Assembly: GCA_013204605.1 (NCBI GenBank)
Contig: JABMNI010000029.1
Span: 3,069-67,068, forward strand
DNA length: 64,000 nt
Direction of reading: 5' to 3'
DNA from: Ignavibacteria bacterium
GTDB lineage: Bacteria > Bacteroidota > Ignavibacteria > Kapaibacteriales > Kapaibacteriaceae
Shown here: one piece after another, positions 49,397 through 59,183 of the stretch
Position numbering within the stretch: position 1 is the first letter of the stretch
How the letters are laid out: every line of letters begins with the position of its first letter
The notes under the pieces: model-generated
What the model was told of the DNA's origin: nothing
Databases searched by the model: none
Seen by the model: only the letters and a program-made list of their open reading frames with translations
Position numbers and translations under genes: made by a program

Positions 49397-50197
49397 TTAC
49401 TTGCTGTGTTGCCAGCACTTACTGTTCGCATTTGTGGTCATTCTACTGCACCGCGTGCCCTTAAGGGTTAGCGCGGTGCATTGTTTTGCAACGGATTCAC
49501 CAGATCCCGAGCGACCTTCATTTGAATTGTCTGTAGGGGGCTTTGTGGTTGCGTGAATAACCGCGTTAGGAACTGCTGACTTTGGACGTACCGTTATTTG
49601 AATAGAAGTGACCGGGTGAAGTTCCCACGCGGAACCTCGCCAGACGTTGGTGTTGCCATGGCCTGCCGATTCGTCGTCGTGATTTGCGTCGTAGAATATC
49701 CAGCCCGTCACCGATACCCATCGCCCCATAAAGGCATCACGCAAATTCTTTTGCGACCAATCCAACCCCTGTTTCTTCATCTGTTCACGAAACCTGGGAG
49801 TAACTTCTACAACTAGGAGTTTCTCCTTGTTCCCTTCGTCCATAGGATCTAACGTCAACTCGATGTGGGTGTCGCGCAGCCAATGATCTTTCTGCTTGCA
49901 ATTGCAGGTTTCCAAAGCACCAATTTTAACGTTTGATACGAAGCCTATAATTGTGGCCGCCTGACCCTCTGCAAAACCTATGGGCTGCTCTTTTGAGGCG
50001 AGCAGTTTGGCGAAATCTACAGCCGTATTAATGTCTGCGGCTCTCGGAAAATCGCTTCTATTCTTTTTAAGATTCAGCGCTTGAATATGCGCCAATTTTG
50101 TCCGACCCTCCTGTGGACAGTCCACAGTTTGTGCAAGCAACAAGCCCATACTATTGAATATGAGCGCCGCGATAATCAATTGGTGGAGTGTTTTCAT
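49397..50197 (-). CDS. Secreted hypothetical protein: putative OB-fold-like domain plus C-terminal CxxxTxxGxRC...CWQH (DUF5763-like) motif
   Basis: Signal peptide. DTHIEL..VVEVTP..VTGWIFYD.NH..WELHPV core, Pro/Thr/Ser linker, QCTALTLKGTRCSRMTTNANSKCWQH. Confidence 0.55.
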   Translation of the reverse strand: MKTLHQLIIAALIFNSMGLLLAQTVDCPQEGRTKLAHIQALNLKKNRSDFPRAADINTAVDFAKLLASKEQPIGFAEGQAATIIGFVSNVKIGALETCNCKQKDHWLRDTHIELTLDPMDEGNKEKLLVVEVTPRFREQMKKQGLDWSQKNLRDAFMGRWVSVTGWIFYDANHDDESAGHGNTNVWRGSAWELHPVTSIQITVRPKSAVPNAVIHATTKPPTDNSNEGRSGSGESVAKQCTALTLKGTRCSRMTTNANSKCWQHSK

Positions 50198-50205
50198 GGA
50201 GTTGT

Positions 50206-51336
50206 TTAGGTTAAGTTACTTGCCCACCATGTAAACAGCGGGTTATAAGCATAATAGGTTCCTTCGTCATCTCGGTACACGAGTTCTTTCTCAAGTAATG
50301 CTTTAACTGCCTTAAGTGTAGAACTCGGTAGACCTAACTTGTGTTTCTCAAGAAAGTCCTTGCTTGAGGGTGATGTTATAGACCCTTGCCTTGCTATGGC
50401 TAAAAGTACATCCCACTGACCAGAGGGCAAGAGATTCCTGTAGGTGTAGAATTCCTGTTCTAATTCTTTACACGTTTCAATAAGTGCCGTATGAATATGG
50501 GCTTCCGTGTTGACCTTTTTCTGACCGGATGACCATATTCTGCGACAAACCAACTGCACATAAAAAGTATGTCCACGCATTGCGTCGTAAACCATTTCGG
50601 CCATGGGTAGGGTTATAGTCCGACCTGTTTTTGAGAACTGTTCGCAAATGAAGTTTGTGTACGTGTTTCGGTCAATTGGGTTCAGAAACATCATTTCGGT
50701 ACTGTGATAGAATGGCCGCCTATGATCTGAAAACATAGAGACCATCATATCCTTTCGGCTTCCAGCAAAAACACAAGATACATTGCGTAAAGGCTGTATT
50801 ACGCTTCGTAACAAACTCTCGGCGTTCGTGCCCGGATACTGAATTATTTGCTGTACTTCGTCGATTGCTAGTACTACGCGCTTAGGTGACTTCTCTAGTT
50901 CAGCCACCAAATCTGAGAGCGTTCTTGAATTCTGTGAAGCAGATCCTAATGCCAATTCAACTGTTGGCAATTGAGTTAATGGGTCCACGGATAGCGAAGC
51001 TCTAAACCTAGAGATAAAGCTAGACAAAGCAGATGTTAATTTCCCAGAGGCGGAAACATACGATCTAGATATTGCAGTAGCTAGTAGCTGGTTGAAATCT
51101 TCAAATCCTTGCGTACCCTGGATGTCGATCTTCAGGAACTCTACATCGCGAGATTTGGAATATTTAGATATGAAATGATCAACTAACGCAGTCTTTCCCA
51201 TCCTACGCAATGAGACTATCGTATGATGAGAACCGCCTTTTAGGGCTTGCTTTAGCTGTCCCAGCTCCTTTGTACGGTCGCAGAATTGTTCTTGCTTCAC
51301 AAAGGTTGAGGTTGGAAATGGGTTGTCTTCAATCAT
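50206..51336 (-). CDS. AAA+/archaeal-ATPase family protein with C-terminal winged helix
   Basis: NPF...F.DR..EL..L, Walker A SLRRMGKT, Walker B LAIDEVQQI, FAGS, wHTH ALLEKELV. ATG 51336 preferred. Confidence 0.85.
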   Translation of the reverse strand: MIEDNPFPTSTFVKQEQFCDRTKELGQLKQALKGGSHHTIVSLRRMGKTALVDHFISKYSKSRDVEFLKIDIQGTQGFEDFNQLLATAISRSYVSASGKLTSALSSFISRFRASLSVDPLTQLPTVELALGSASQNSRTLSDLVAELEKSPKRVVLAIDEVQQIIQYPGTNAESLLRSVIQPLRNVSCVFAGSRKDMMVSMFSDHRRPFYHSTEMMFLNPIDRNTYTNFICEQFSKTGRTITLPMAEMVYDAMRGHTFYVQLVCRRIWSSGQKKVNTEAHIHTALIETCKELEQEFYTYRNLLPSGQWDVLLAIARQGSITSPSSKDFLEKHKLGLPSSTLKAVKALLEKELVYRDDEGTYYAYNPLFTWWASNLT

Positions 51337-51383
51337 AGTGCAACTTACGGACATACTTGAAATGTTACAACTAGTATATTCCA

Positions 51384-51453
51384 AAAAGTATAGTCCTAGA
51401 AGGATAGTCCAAAAGGTGTAGTCCTAAAAGTATAGTCCAAAAGGTGTAATGGA
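51384..51453. repeat. 14-bp-period tandem array (~4.5 copies)
   Basis: TAGTCC core at 51391, 51405, 51419 and 51433. Units: AAAAGTATAGTCCT / AGAAGGATAGTCCA / AAAGGTGTAGTCCT / AAAAGTATAGTCCA / AAAGGTGTAATGGA. Confidence 0.88.
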
Positions 51454-51462
51454 ACTAAAAGA

Positions 51463-52461
51463 CTATCCGAAATCAGCAATGGACCATGGAAGAGTCTTAC
51501 CGGCCCACATAGGTACCACCCCATGATAGTTGGCTGGAATCACCATTGGTGATTTGGTAAGGACCACAGTTTTTGGCGGGGGAGAGAGGCGGTAGATACG
51601 TACTGCATTGTTCGACACAAATGACTGTAGCTTATCTAAAGCGTTGTGTTTCTCGAACAGTTCCGCCAATAAAGACAAAATGATGGGGGCAGTGAAAATT
51701 CCGGCGGCGCACCCCGGACACTCCTTGCTGGTGATTGGATGAGGTGCAGAATCGCTACCATGCATGAGCTTGGGATGAGCATTGAGAGCGGCTGTCAGCA
51801 ATGCTTGGCGATCTTCCGGTCGCTTGGCAATTGGTTTGCAAAACAGGTGCGGATCCATTAAGCCCCCTACAACATCATCCAGAGTGAGGAGTAAATGATG
51901 TGGGGTTACGGTGGCGTATAAATTGGAATATTCATCAAGTAGGCCAATGGCTTCGGCAGTGGTAATGTGTTCCATAACAATTCGAAGCTTTGGAAACGTG
52001 CTTGCAATTTCCCGATACACAACTTGGAATTCCTTTTCGCGATCCATTACGAATCCGTTCGATTCACCATGCACTAGTAGGGGAATATCAAGTTCCTCCA
52101 TCAACGCTAGCACGCCAAACATTGTATGAATTTGACTCACTCCTCGATCACTATTTGTTGTTGCACCGGCGGGATAAAGCTTGATACCAATAATTTGTGG
52201 TTTGGCAGCAACTAATTCTTCCCTCGTATAGTCGCGGAAAAACAGCGTCATATATGGATCAAACAATTCACCTTCGGTAGCCTGCTTCACTTGATCAGTG
52301 TACCACAGAAGACGTTCCAGTGAATCGATGGGGGAAACCAAGTTCGGCATAACTACGGCGCCCGCGAAGTGCTTGGCCGTCAGGGGAGCAACATTTCGCA
52401 GCATTGCATCCTGCCTAAAATGTACGTGCATGTCTAACGGGGATTGAAGTTCAATTGTCAT
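51463..52461 (-). CDS. pyrC: Dihydroorotase (small homodimeric class II type)
   Basis: [45 protein letters not shown]. Confidence 0.95.
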   Translation of the reverse strand: MTIELQSPLDMHVHFRQDAMLRNVAPLTAKHFAGAVVMPNLVSPIDSLERLLWYTDQVKQATEGELFDPYMTLFFRDYTREELVAAKPQIIGIKLYPAGATTNSDRGVSQIHTMFGVLALMEELDIPLLVHGESNGFVMDREKEFQVVYREIASTFPKLRIVMEHITTAEAIGLLDEYSNLYATVTPHHLLLTLDDVVGGLMDPHLFCKPIAKRPEDRQALLTAALNAHPKLMHGSDSAPHPITSKECPGCAAGIFTAPIILSLLAELFEKHNALDKLQSFVSNNAVRIYRLSPPPKTVVLTKSPMVIPANYHGVVPMWAGKTLPWSIADFG

Positions 52462-52922
52462 GTTGACTGCATAGGGTATTTAGGTATGTCGGGAATAATG
52501 TCCACGTATCCGTCGCGCGTAATTTTGGCGCAGTGGGCTTCGCGTCCGTTGGTGAGAAACATGTAGGGGGCTCGAAGGGTTAGGTTATACCAACCTGACT
52601 GACGCAATGTATGGTCGGAGACCTTTACGTTTGGTGCTTTGCATTCGATAAGCATAAACGGATGCAGGTTCGCATCCAACCACAACACATCGAAGCGCAT
52701 TCCCGTTTTCGAAATAGTACGTTCAACGGAGCATCGGCTTAGTGGGTAGCCTTGACTTACAAACCAATGTATGCAGTGCTGGCGTACCCATTCCTCCGGA
52801 GTGAGAGCCACAAGTTTCTTTCGAACTTCATCATAAATCCTGGTTCCCATATCATCGTTTGAAATGCGTGTCTGATACGTAGGAAAGATTAGTGAAGGAA
52901 GAAAAACAAGTTCATTTTTCAC
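52458..52922 (-). CDS. Stand-alone type I restriction enzyme HsdR N-terminal domain protein
   Basis: [27 protein letters not shown]...YN, LTNG. No hsdM/hsdS nearby. Confidence 0.85.
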   Translation of the reverse strand: MKNELVFLPSLIFPTYQTRISNDDMGTRIYDEVRKKLVALTPEEWVRQHCIHWFVSQGYPLSRCSVERTISKTGMRFDVLWLDANLHPFMLIECKAPNVKVSDHTLRQSGWYNLTLRAPYMFLTNGREAHCAKITRDGYVDIIPDIPKYPMQST

Positions 52923-53682
52923 GACGACTGTACTCCTTCATAACTGCCGAAGGAAAATTTGTTACCGCGGCCTGCACACCGTACTTCAAAGTGATAGCTA
53001 GATCCTCATTAGTGTTCACGGTATACACACCCCACGGAATTCTGTGCCGCCGAATATTTTCAGCACGCTTCTCCGTCAATTCCTGCACGGAACACCCATA
53101 CGCATCTGCACCACAAGCATTCACAATCTCACTCGGCAATCGACTGTCACCGGGCACATTCAGTGCGCAAGTGTGGAGATAGCGTTTTATCTCTTTTATA
53201 TGTTTCAACACTGCGTGATCGAATGAAGCAAAAACTACAAAAGCGGCCATGCCGAAATCTTCAATAGCCTTAATCAGCATTTCTATTGATTCGTAACTAG
53301 ATGGATCGTTGGCAGCAGGCTTTATCTCAATATTGAGATATACACGACCTCGCGCTGCGTTCAACACATCCAACAACATGGGAATTTTCTCGCCAGCAAA
53401 CGAAGAGTTAAACCACGAACCGGCATCCAATTTTAAAAGTTGTTCTAGAGTAAAGTTTTTCACAAAACCATGTCCGTTAGAAGTTCTACCTAAAACTGAG
53501 TCATGAAAAACTACGAGTTGCTTGTCTGACGTGAGTTGAACATCAATCTCGATCATTTTTACACCCGAAGCAATAGCAAGGTTTATCGCAGCTAGAGTAT
53601 TCTCGGGCGCGCTTCCTGAGTCACCACGATGAGCGATGACGAAAAACTTTTCCTCACGAACAAAATCTTTAAGTGTAATCAT
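52912..53682 (-). CDS. Glycerophosphodiester phosphodiesterase
   Basis: IAHRGDSGSAPENTLAA, IEIDVQLTSD..LVVFHD, LNIEIK, VYTVN. Confidence 0.93.
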   Translation of the reverse strand: MITLKDFVREEKFFVIAHRGDSGSAPENTLAAINLAIASGVKMIEIDVQLTSDKQLVVFHDSVLGRTSNGHGFVKNFTLEQLLKLDAGSWFNSSFAGEKIPMLLDVLNAARGRVYLNIEIKPAANDPSSYESIEMLIKAIEDFGMAAFVVFASFDHAVLKHIKEIKRYLHTCALNVPGDSRLPSEIVNACGADAYGCSVQELTEKRAENIRRHRIPWGVYTVNTNEDLAITLKYGVQAAVTNFPSAVMKEYSRREK

Positions 53683-54602
53683 GAAATCGGTCCCGACATT
53701 GGACCTCGATAGCCATGTAAGAATTGATCAACCTTTACGCGCTGTTTTCCTGGCAGCTGAATCTCTGTTAATTGAATAGCTCCGTCGGAACAGCCAATTA
53801 CAAAGGTATTGTCGATTATTCGAAATTCATTCACCGGGCACAGAATACCCGAAGGAAGGCATCGAAAAATCTTCAAAACCTGTCCCTGCCATGTAGTCCA
53901 AGCGCAGGGCACCGGCGATACACCATGAACAAAATTAACAGTATCCGAAGCGGGTTGACCCAAATCGATTTTACACTCGTCGCGAAAAATCTTCTTGGCA
54001 GGTGTGGCCAATTCATCGGTCTGCACTAATGGTGCTGCATAGCCCCCTAACAAAGCCTTGCACGTATCTACAGCGCAATCGGCAGCCAATGGCTTTAGTA
54101 GCTCATACAGCTCGCCGGCTGTGCAGAATTGGGGGATGTCTATTTCGATTTGACCCAGGATGTTCCCGGTATCAACAACATCGTTCAACAAAAACGATGT
54201 GACACCTGATTTTTTTTCACCCCGCATAATGGCGTGATTAATTGGCGCTGCGCCGCGAAATCTTGGCAGCAATGATGCGTGCACGTTAAACGCGCCCTGG
54301 GTTGCAACGGAGTAAATGTTTTTTGGGAGTATCCGAAAAGCAATAACACATATAATGGAGGGGGCTATGTGTTTGATTTGAGTTTCAAATTCGGCGTCGC
54401 GGAGAGAGGTGGGCGTCAAAATATTCGAAATGCCAAGTTGTTCGGCGGCAATCCTCACTGCCGATTTTTGCAGGGAAAGCCCCCTGCCTTTGGGCTTATC
54501 GGGGACGGTAACTACGGTGCCAACTCCAAACTCCGCGTGCAGCTGCTGAAGTGCAGGCACAGCAAAATCCGGTGTTCCCATAAATACGATGTTGCTACTC
54601 AT
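53679..54602 (-). CDS. fmt: Methionyl-tRNA formyltransferase
   Basis: FMGTPDFA, PDKPKGRG, NVHASLLPRFRGAAPI. Confidence 0.96.
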   Translation of the reverse strand: MSSNIVFMGTPDFAVPALQQLHAEFGVGTVVTVPDKPKGRGLSLQKSAVRIAAEQLGISNILTPTSLRDAEFETQIKHIAPSIICVIAFRILPKNIYSVATQGAFNVHASLLPRFRGAAPINHAIMRGEKKSGVTSFLLNDVVDTGNILGQIEIDIPQFCTAGELYELLKPLAADCAVDTCKALLGGYAAPLVQTDELATPAKKIFRDECKIDLGQPASDTVNFVHGVSPVPCAWTTWQGQVLKIFRCLPSGILCPVNEFRIIDNTFVIGCSDGAIQLTEIQLPGKQRVKVDQFLHGYRGPMSGPIS

Positions 54603-55174
54603 CCGTGCATGGTGGGAAGGTTGGTACGAGTGTCAATAATTTCTTGTTCGATGTCGGCAAACTCACTAATCCGCTGTTTAACTTTTTCCAACGGAAAGTA
54701 TTCGCGCGCCAGGTTGGTGTACATAGTATAGTGTCCGGCCTCCGAAGCCAACAAACTCGTGTACAGATCCTTTAAAATTGGATCGGTGACATGCTTCGAC
54801 AAGATAGAAAATCGCTCGCAGCTCCGTGCTTCTATAAATGCACCAACTACTAGCAAATCAAGTAGTCGTTCAGGCTCGGAAGTGCGCACGTGCTTTTTCA
54901 ATTCCTGTACATACACCGTGCCTTTGTCGGAAGTGAGTTTAATCCCTCGCCTGACTAACTCCTTGTTCACCATATCGAAATGGTCGATCTCTTCCTTGCA
55001 AAGCTCAACCATCTCCGCAACCAACATGGCATGCCCTGGATAGCGATTGATCATAGCTATGGCAAAGCCGGCCGCCTTTTTTTCGCAGTGCGCGTGGTCG
55101 ATCAAGATTTCTTTGTGGTGTTGGTTTGCCACCACCACCCATTCGGGTTTCGACGTTCCTTTTAAACAGAGCAT
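54599..55174 (-). CDS. miaE: tRNA-(ms2io6A)-hydroxylase
   Basis: DHAHCEKKAA, EEIDHF, IEARSCERF, SEAGHY, PTMHG diiron ligands. Confidence 0.93.
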   Translation of the reverse strand: MLCLKGTSKPEWVVVANQHHKEILIDHAHCEKKAAGFAIAMINRYPGHAMLVAEMVELCKEEIDHFDMVNKELVRRGIKLTSDKGTVYVQELKKHVRTSEPERLLDLLVVGAFIEARSCERFSILSKHVTDPILKDLYTSLLASEAGHYTMYTNLAREYFPLEKVKQRISEFADIEQEIIDTRTNLPTMHG

Positions 55175-55202
55175 CTGCAAAAATAGGCAGTGCAGCCGTA
55201 GG

Positions 55203-56528
55203 CTATTCCAGGAGCTGAATTGCGCGAGTGACGGCCGACATTAACGTCAAAGTTTCTACCGATGAATCTTGCTTGGTCCACGATGCAGAAATTGCAAACC
55301 AATTGCCATTTTTATGCTTGAGCAGGTATATGAGGTTCAACACTCCGGTCTCTGAACCACCCTTGTAGCACACCACTTTCCACTTATCGGTGTTTATCTC
55401 CGTACCTGGATTGATTCCCATAATCTCCATCGCAGTTTTTACTGCGGGAGCTTCAGCGTTTGTCCTAAACCAATTCATTGCTTCGCACAAATCTTGCGTT
55501 GATGAAAACCACTCAATGCTGTCGGGTAGGAAGGGCTCAGCTTCAAAATTTAGGTTGGATCGCTTTACATTCCACACCACGTGTTTTAAAATCCGCCTGC
55601 GCTCCGTACTGTCAGCTTTAGCAAATGAATTTGCCTTGTCGCGAATCCCACCAAACTTCAAACGGAACATCTCATAGGTCGACAAAAATGGAATATTCAT
55701 TTTGTACGATGTATTTCCCATGACTTGTTGGAATTGCTCCACCGCATACTTACCCAAGTAGTTCAACAACGCATCCGTAGCCGTGTTGTCACTTTTAGAA
55801 ATCATCAGCGCTGCAAGCGTATGCAACGTAACAGGTGATCCGTGCGGCCACTTTTGTAACTCACCCGATGGCAACGAATATTTGCTGCTATCCAGATATA
55901 CTACATCGGTCCATTTTGATTTCCCCTTTGTTATCCTATCGCACAACGTGCCAAGCACGTATAGTTTGAATGTCGATCCAATGGGAAGGGGCTTTGTGGA
56001 ATTGTAACTCGCAACCACTTGTCCAGTGGTCTGATTTTCTACCTGAATAGACGACGAACCACCTAGCCCCTTAACATCATTCACAATTTCGTCGAGCGAA
56101 GCAGTTTGTTTTTGCGGCGGTGCGATAAAAAATCCATTTATCAAATGCGGAGGGTTCGACTAGACCGAGAGTGTAATTGGTATTACGAAATTATTTTTTG
56201 TAGTAGCGTTGGCCTTCACAGCAAACTCGGAAATCTTTGAAGTAATCTTGATTCCCGTGCAGGCTCCACACTGCGTACCAATAGCCTGTACTACTGATTG
56301 CAATTGCTCCTCCGTTACTTTCGAGCGGAAATCTGCAGAAAGTATCGTAGCATATTCCAGCTTCCCGGTGGACAAAAAATCACAGACTTCGTTGAGCCGC
56401 TTTTGTATTGGATCAACCTGTAGTTGCGCCATTACATCCGCTGGAAAGGCTCCCCCCATTGACACAAACGCAAACGTCAGAAGTATGCGAGTGAAAAAAT
56501 ATTCATTGAATCGGATCAAAAGTGGCAT
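55203..56528 (-). pseudogene. Secreted class A beta-lactamase-like serine hydrolase (Cpe/LpqF type) interrupted by one in-frame TAG at 56162-56160
   Basis: ORFs 56160..56561 and 55203..56144 are in the same frame: ...ATT ACA CTC TCG GTC TAG TCG AAC CCT CCG CAT TTG ATA... The signal peptide is upstream of the stop; GSTFK, SDN and KGGS catalytic motifs are downstream. Confidence 0.8.
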
Positions 56529-56708
56529 GATATTTACTTGCTCATTATTTGAATGAAACACGTTTGGCTACATATTGAAACAACATTATGCGCATCCACG
56601 ATTGCCGTGGATATGCCCGTGATTTTCTGTGTGAATCCCGAGATTTTCTGTGTCAATAAGGATACCAACGTGACCTAATTATGTAAAAAAGCATTTCGAA
56701 TTTGTTGC

Positions 56709-56742
56709 AAAGCGGTCCGGAAAAATTCCAGATCGCTTTTTT
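56709..56742 (+). terminator. Terminator-like hairpin in the MFS gene leader
   Basis: AGCGGTCCGGAA-aaa-TTCCAGATCGCT (one mismatch, one G-U) plus TTTTT, ending 16 nt before ATG 56759. Confidence 0.55.
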
Positions 56743-56758
56743 ATTTGTGGACTAATTT

Positions 56759-57967
56759 ATGGACGAAGCCAGACAACAACTACTTCAACGCAACATATAC
56801 CTTTTGCGCGCTTTGAGATCAGTCGAATTTTTTATGCTGATGATCCCAATTATCGTGGTGTATTACAAAAGTTGCGGTATGACCATGCACGATGTAATGC
56901 TACTGCAAGCAATTTTCAGCGCAACCATGGTGTTGATCGAGATTCCAAGCGGATACTTTTCCGACGTTCTTGGCCGTCGCCGCACGCTCATCATTGGCTC
57001 GTTTCTCATTGTAGGGGGCTTTGTGGTTTACTGTTTTGTCAACACTTTTAGTGGTTTCCTTATTGCCGAACTTGTCCTTGGCGTAGGCGCAGCGTTTGTG
57101 TCGGGAACAGACTCTGCTATGCTATACGATACCCTGTTGGAAATGGGGAACACAACTCGAGGAGTGCGAGAAGAGGGACGCCAGTTGGCGTACGGACACT
57201 ATGCCGAGGCAGCCTCGGGCGTGATAGGTGGTCTGTTGGCTGTCATATCACTTAAGACGCCGATTGTTGCACAGGCTGCAGTGATGACTTTATTAATCCC
57301 AATTTCATTCATGCTGAGGGAGCCACAAGAACATCGTAGAATTGGCCGATCAGCATCGTTTGCTGAGGTGTTTTCGATTGCGAAACGCGTGCTCGTGACG
57401 AACAAATCATTACGATGGATGCTAGCTAGTTCGGCAATGCTGGGTGCTTCTACTTTGTCGTTCGTTTGGTTGCTTCAGCCTTATATGTTGAAGGCCGAAG
57501 TGCCACTCTGGATGTTCGGCACAGTGTGGACACTCTTCATGTTAGTAGTGGGGTTCTCCGCTTCGTTTGCACACAAGCTAACAGCGCGTTTCACAAACGT
57601 TCAAATAGTGACTGCGCTAAGCTGTGGTGTAGTTATAGCGTATGTAGCCGGTGGAATAGTTACGTCTTGGGTTGTAATACCGATATTCTTGGCGTTCTAC
57701 GTTGCTCGCGGCATCAGTAATCCGGTCTTCACAACTGCATTAAATGTTGAAGTTGAATCTCATGAGCGTGCAACCGTACTGAGTGTTAGGCAACTTGGAG
57801 TTCGACTTGTGTTTGTAATTGTAGGACCCGCTATTGGTTTTGTCTCAGATGCAACGTCACTAAACACTGCATTACTTACTTGCGCAATTTTATTCGGCGT
57901 GCTACTAACGTTCACACTCTCAATCTGGCATCGAGTTGATCATAGAGTTGCAACCGCTAGTGTTTGA
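56759..57967 (+). CDS. MFS transporter
   Basis: EIPSGYFSDVLGRRRTL (motif A), SGTDSAMLYD, RATVLS, ~12 TM. Confidence 0.92.
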   Translation: MDEARQQLLQRNIYLLRALRSVEFFMLMIPIIVVYYKSCGMTMHDVMLLQAIFSATMVLIEIPSGYFSDVLGRRRTLIIGSFLIVGGFVVYCFVNTFSGFLIAELVLGVGAAFVSGTDSAMLYDTLLEMGNTTRGVREEGRQLAYGHYAEAASGVIGGLLAVISLKTPIVAQAAVMTLLIPISFMLREPQEHRRIGRSASFAEVFSIAKRVLVTNKSLRWMLASSAMLGASTLSFVWLLQPYMLKAEVPLWMFGTVWTLFMLVVGFSASFAHKLTARFTNVQIVTALSCGVVIAYVAGGIVTSWVVIPIFLAFYVARGISNPVFTTALNVEVESHERATVLSVRQLGVRLVFVIVGPAIGFVSDATSLNTALLTCAILFGVLLTFTLSIWHRVDHRVATASV

Positions 57968-57973
57968 CCTTTA

Positions 57974-59146
57974 TTAGTGTTTAACTTCTACTGGAATAGC
58001 AGTATAGGATTCATCAGTCCGAAGAATCACAATGTAAAGTCCATCGGGCTTGTCAATAAGATCAATTTCTCGTTCTTGTACACCTGCCTCGCGAGTGTCC
58101 TTTTCGATGTCTTCAATCTTGTACATGAAGGCATTGTGTAGGCTAATTCGAATTCTGCTAATTGCTGGAATTGAATAACGCAGGTCAAATATTCCCGGCG
58201 TGTCGCGGGAAGGCGTAATTGAAATCGAGGGACGTCCCACGTCTTGAATTTGATTTAATTCTTTCCGGCTCTTGAATTTCGGATACGTATACAAATGCGT
58301 CACGAAAGATGTATCCTCGCGTTCGCTCAAGGTAAAGTAGCCGTCTGCTTTTGCGCTAAAGCAGATGGCTTCGCCCTGAGGCTCGGGCATATACGGAAGT
58401 TTTGTCGGAGTTCTTTTCAAGGTAGTTGAAAGCGGCTCGGTTTCGTTTCTCTTCCAATAGTAAACGTAGGCATAGTCCTTTAAAAGTATCTCGTCACCTT
58501 TGGCCGAAATGTCGCTCGCTGTAATCAGTGGTATCGATAATTCACCCACAAAAACTAGCGTGCGTTTCATCCCTTCACTGTGCGGCGCTTTCGCCATGTA
58601 GATTCGAGATTTTCGCTCGCGTTTGGTGATGATGTAAATGTCCAGCGTTAGAGGATCAACAATCAACGCCTCGGCATCCCTCGGACCATCCGGATATACA
58701 AATTCTAATTTATCAGCCTTAACTGTAATATTTTCTCTGCCTCCTATAAGGGGCTCTTCCACTCTGTACACAAATACACTCGGAGCTTTAGCTTCGTTGT
58801 CGCCCGTTTCGCTCACATACAAGTAATTCGCCCCAGCCTTCGGACCCGGTCCATACGCAATATCCTCCCAATCCCGATTTGTAACATTCTCGATCTTAAG
58901 CGTGCACAGCACTTCTGCTTGGATTGAAATTCCGTACACAAAAGGACCATCTCCTGAGTCGTTATGTGTCCACAAAACGTTGACGTTCTGTTGCGACGCC
59001 ACCACGCCCGATGTTTCATCCAAGCCCGTCAACGGCAACTTCCCAGCATCGAACGGACCCTTGAAATTCAAATTCTGAGCGGAAGCTACCTTCGAAGTGG
59101 CCATCATTAATATGACCAACACCAAATATCTTAGTTGAACCTTCAT
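57974..59146 (-). CDS. Secreted beta-propeller-like hypothetical protein with CTD-like tail
   Basis: Signal peptide from ATG 59146. DETSGVVAS, WTHNDSG, DWEDIA, ETGDN, DAEAL, QGEAI motifs. C-terminal Ig-like domain ending DGLYIVILR. Confidence 0.65.
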   Translation of the reverse strand: MKVQLRYLVLVILMMATSKVASAQNLNFKGPFDAGKLPLTGLDETSGVVASQQNVNVLWTHNDSGDGPFVYGISIQAEVLCTLKIENVTNRDWEDIAYGPGPKAGANYLYVSETGDNEAKAPSVFVYRVEEPLIGGRENITVKADKLEFVYPDGPRDAEALIVDPLTLDIYIITKRERKSRIYMAKAPHSEGMKRTLVFVGELSIPLITASDISAKGDEILLKDYAYVYYWKRNETEPLSTTLKRTPTKLPYMPEPQGEAICFSAKADGYFTLSEREDTSFVTHLYTYPKFKSRKELNQIQDVGRPSISITPSRDTPGIFDLRYSIPAISRIRISLHNAFMYKIEDIEKDTREAGVQEREIDLIDKPDGLYIVILRTDESYTAIPVEVKH

Positions 59147-59183
59147 TCCTTTAACTTCAGCCTTCAATCTTTTACCTTCTGAA

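Noticed and set aside
51384-51453. CRISPR array
   Set aside because: The period is 14 bp with no unique spacers, and there are no cas genes in the window.
52458-52922. Type I restriction-modification or defence system
   Set aside because: Only a short HsdR N-terminal domain embedded in a housekeeping operon; no hsdM, hsdS or helicase portion in the window.
55203-56144. Bona fide beta-lactam resistance gene
   Set aside because: SxxK/SDN/KxG motifs are shared by many non-resistance serine hydrolases; substrate cannot be inferred, and the gene is interrupted.
56160-56162. Genome-wide amber recoding or pyrrolysine
   Set aside because: TAG terminates genes at their expected lengths elsewhere (1610, 19926, 21066, 25974, 27730, 49369), and no pyl genes are visible.
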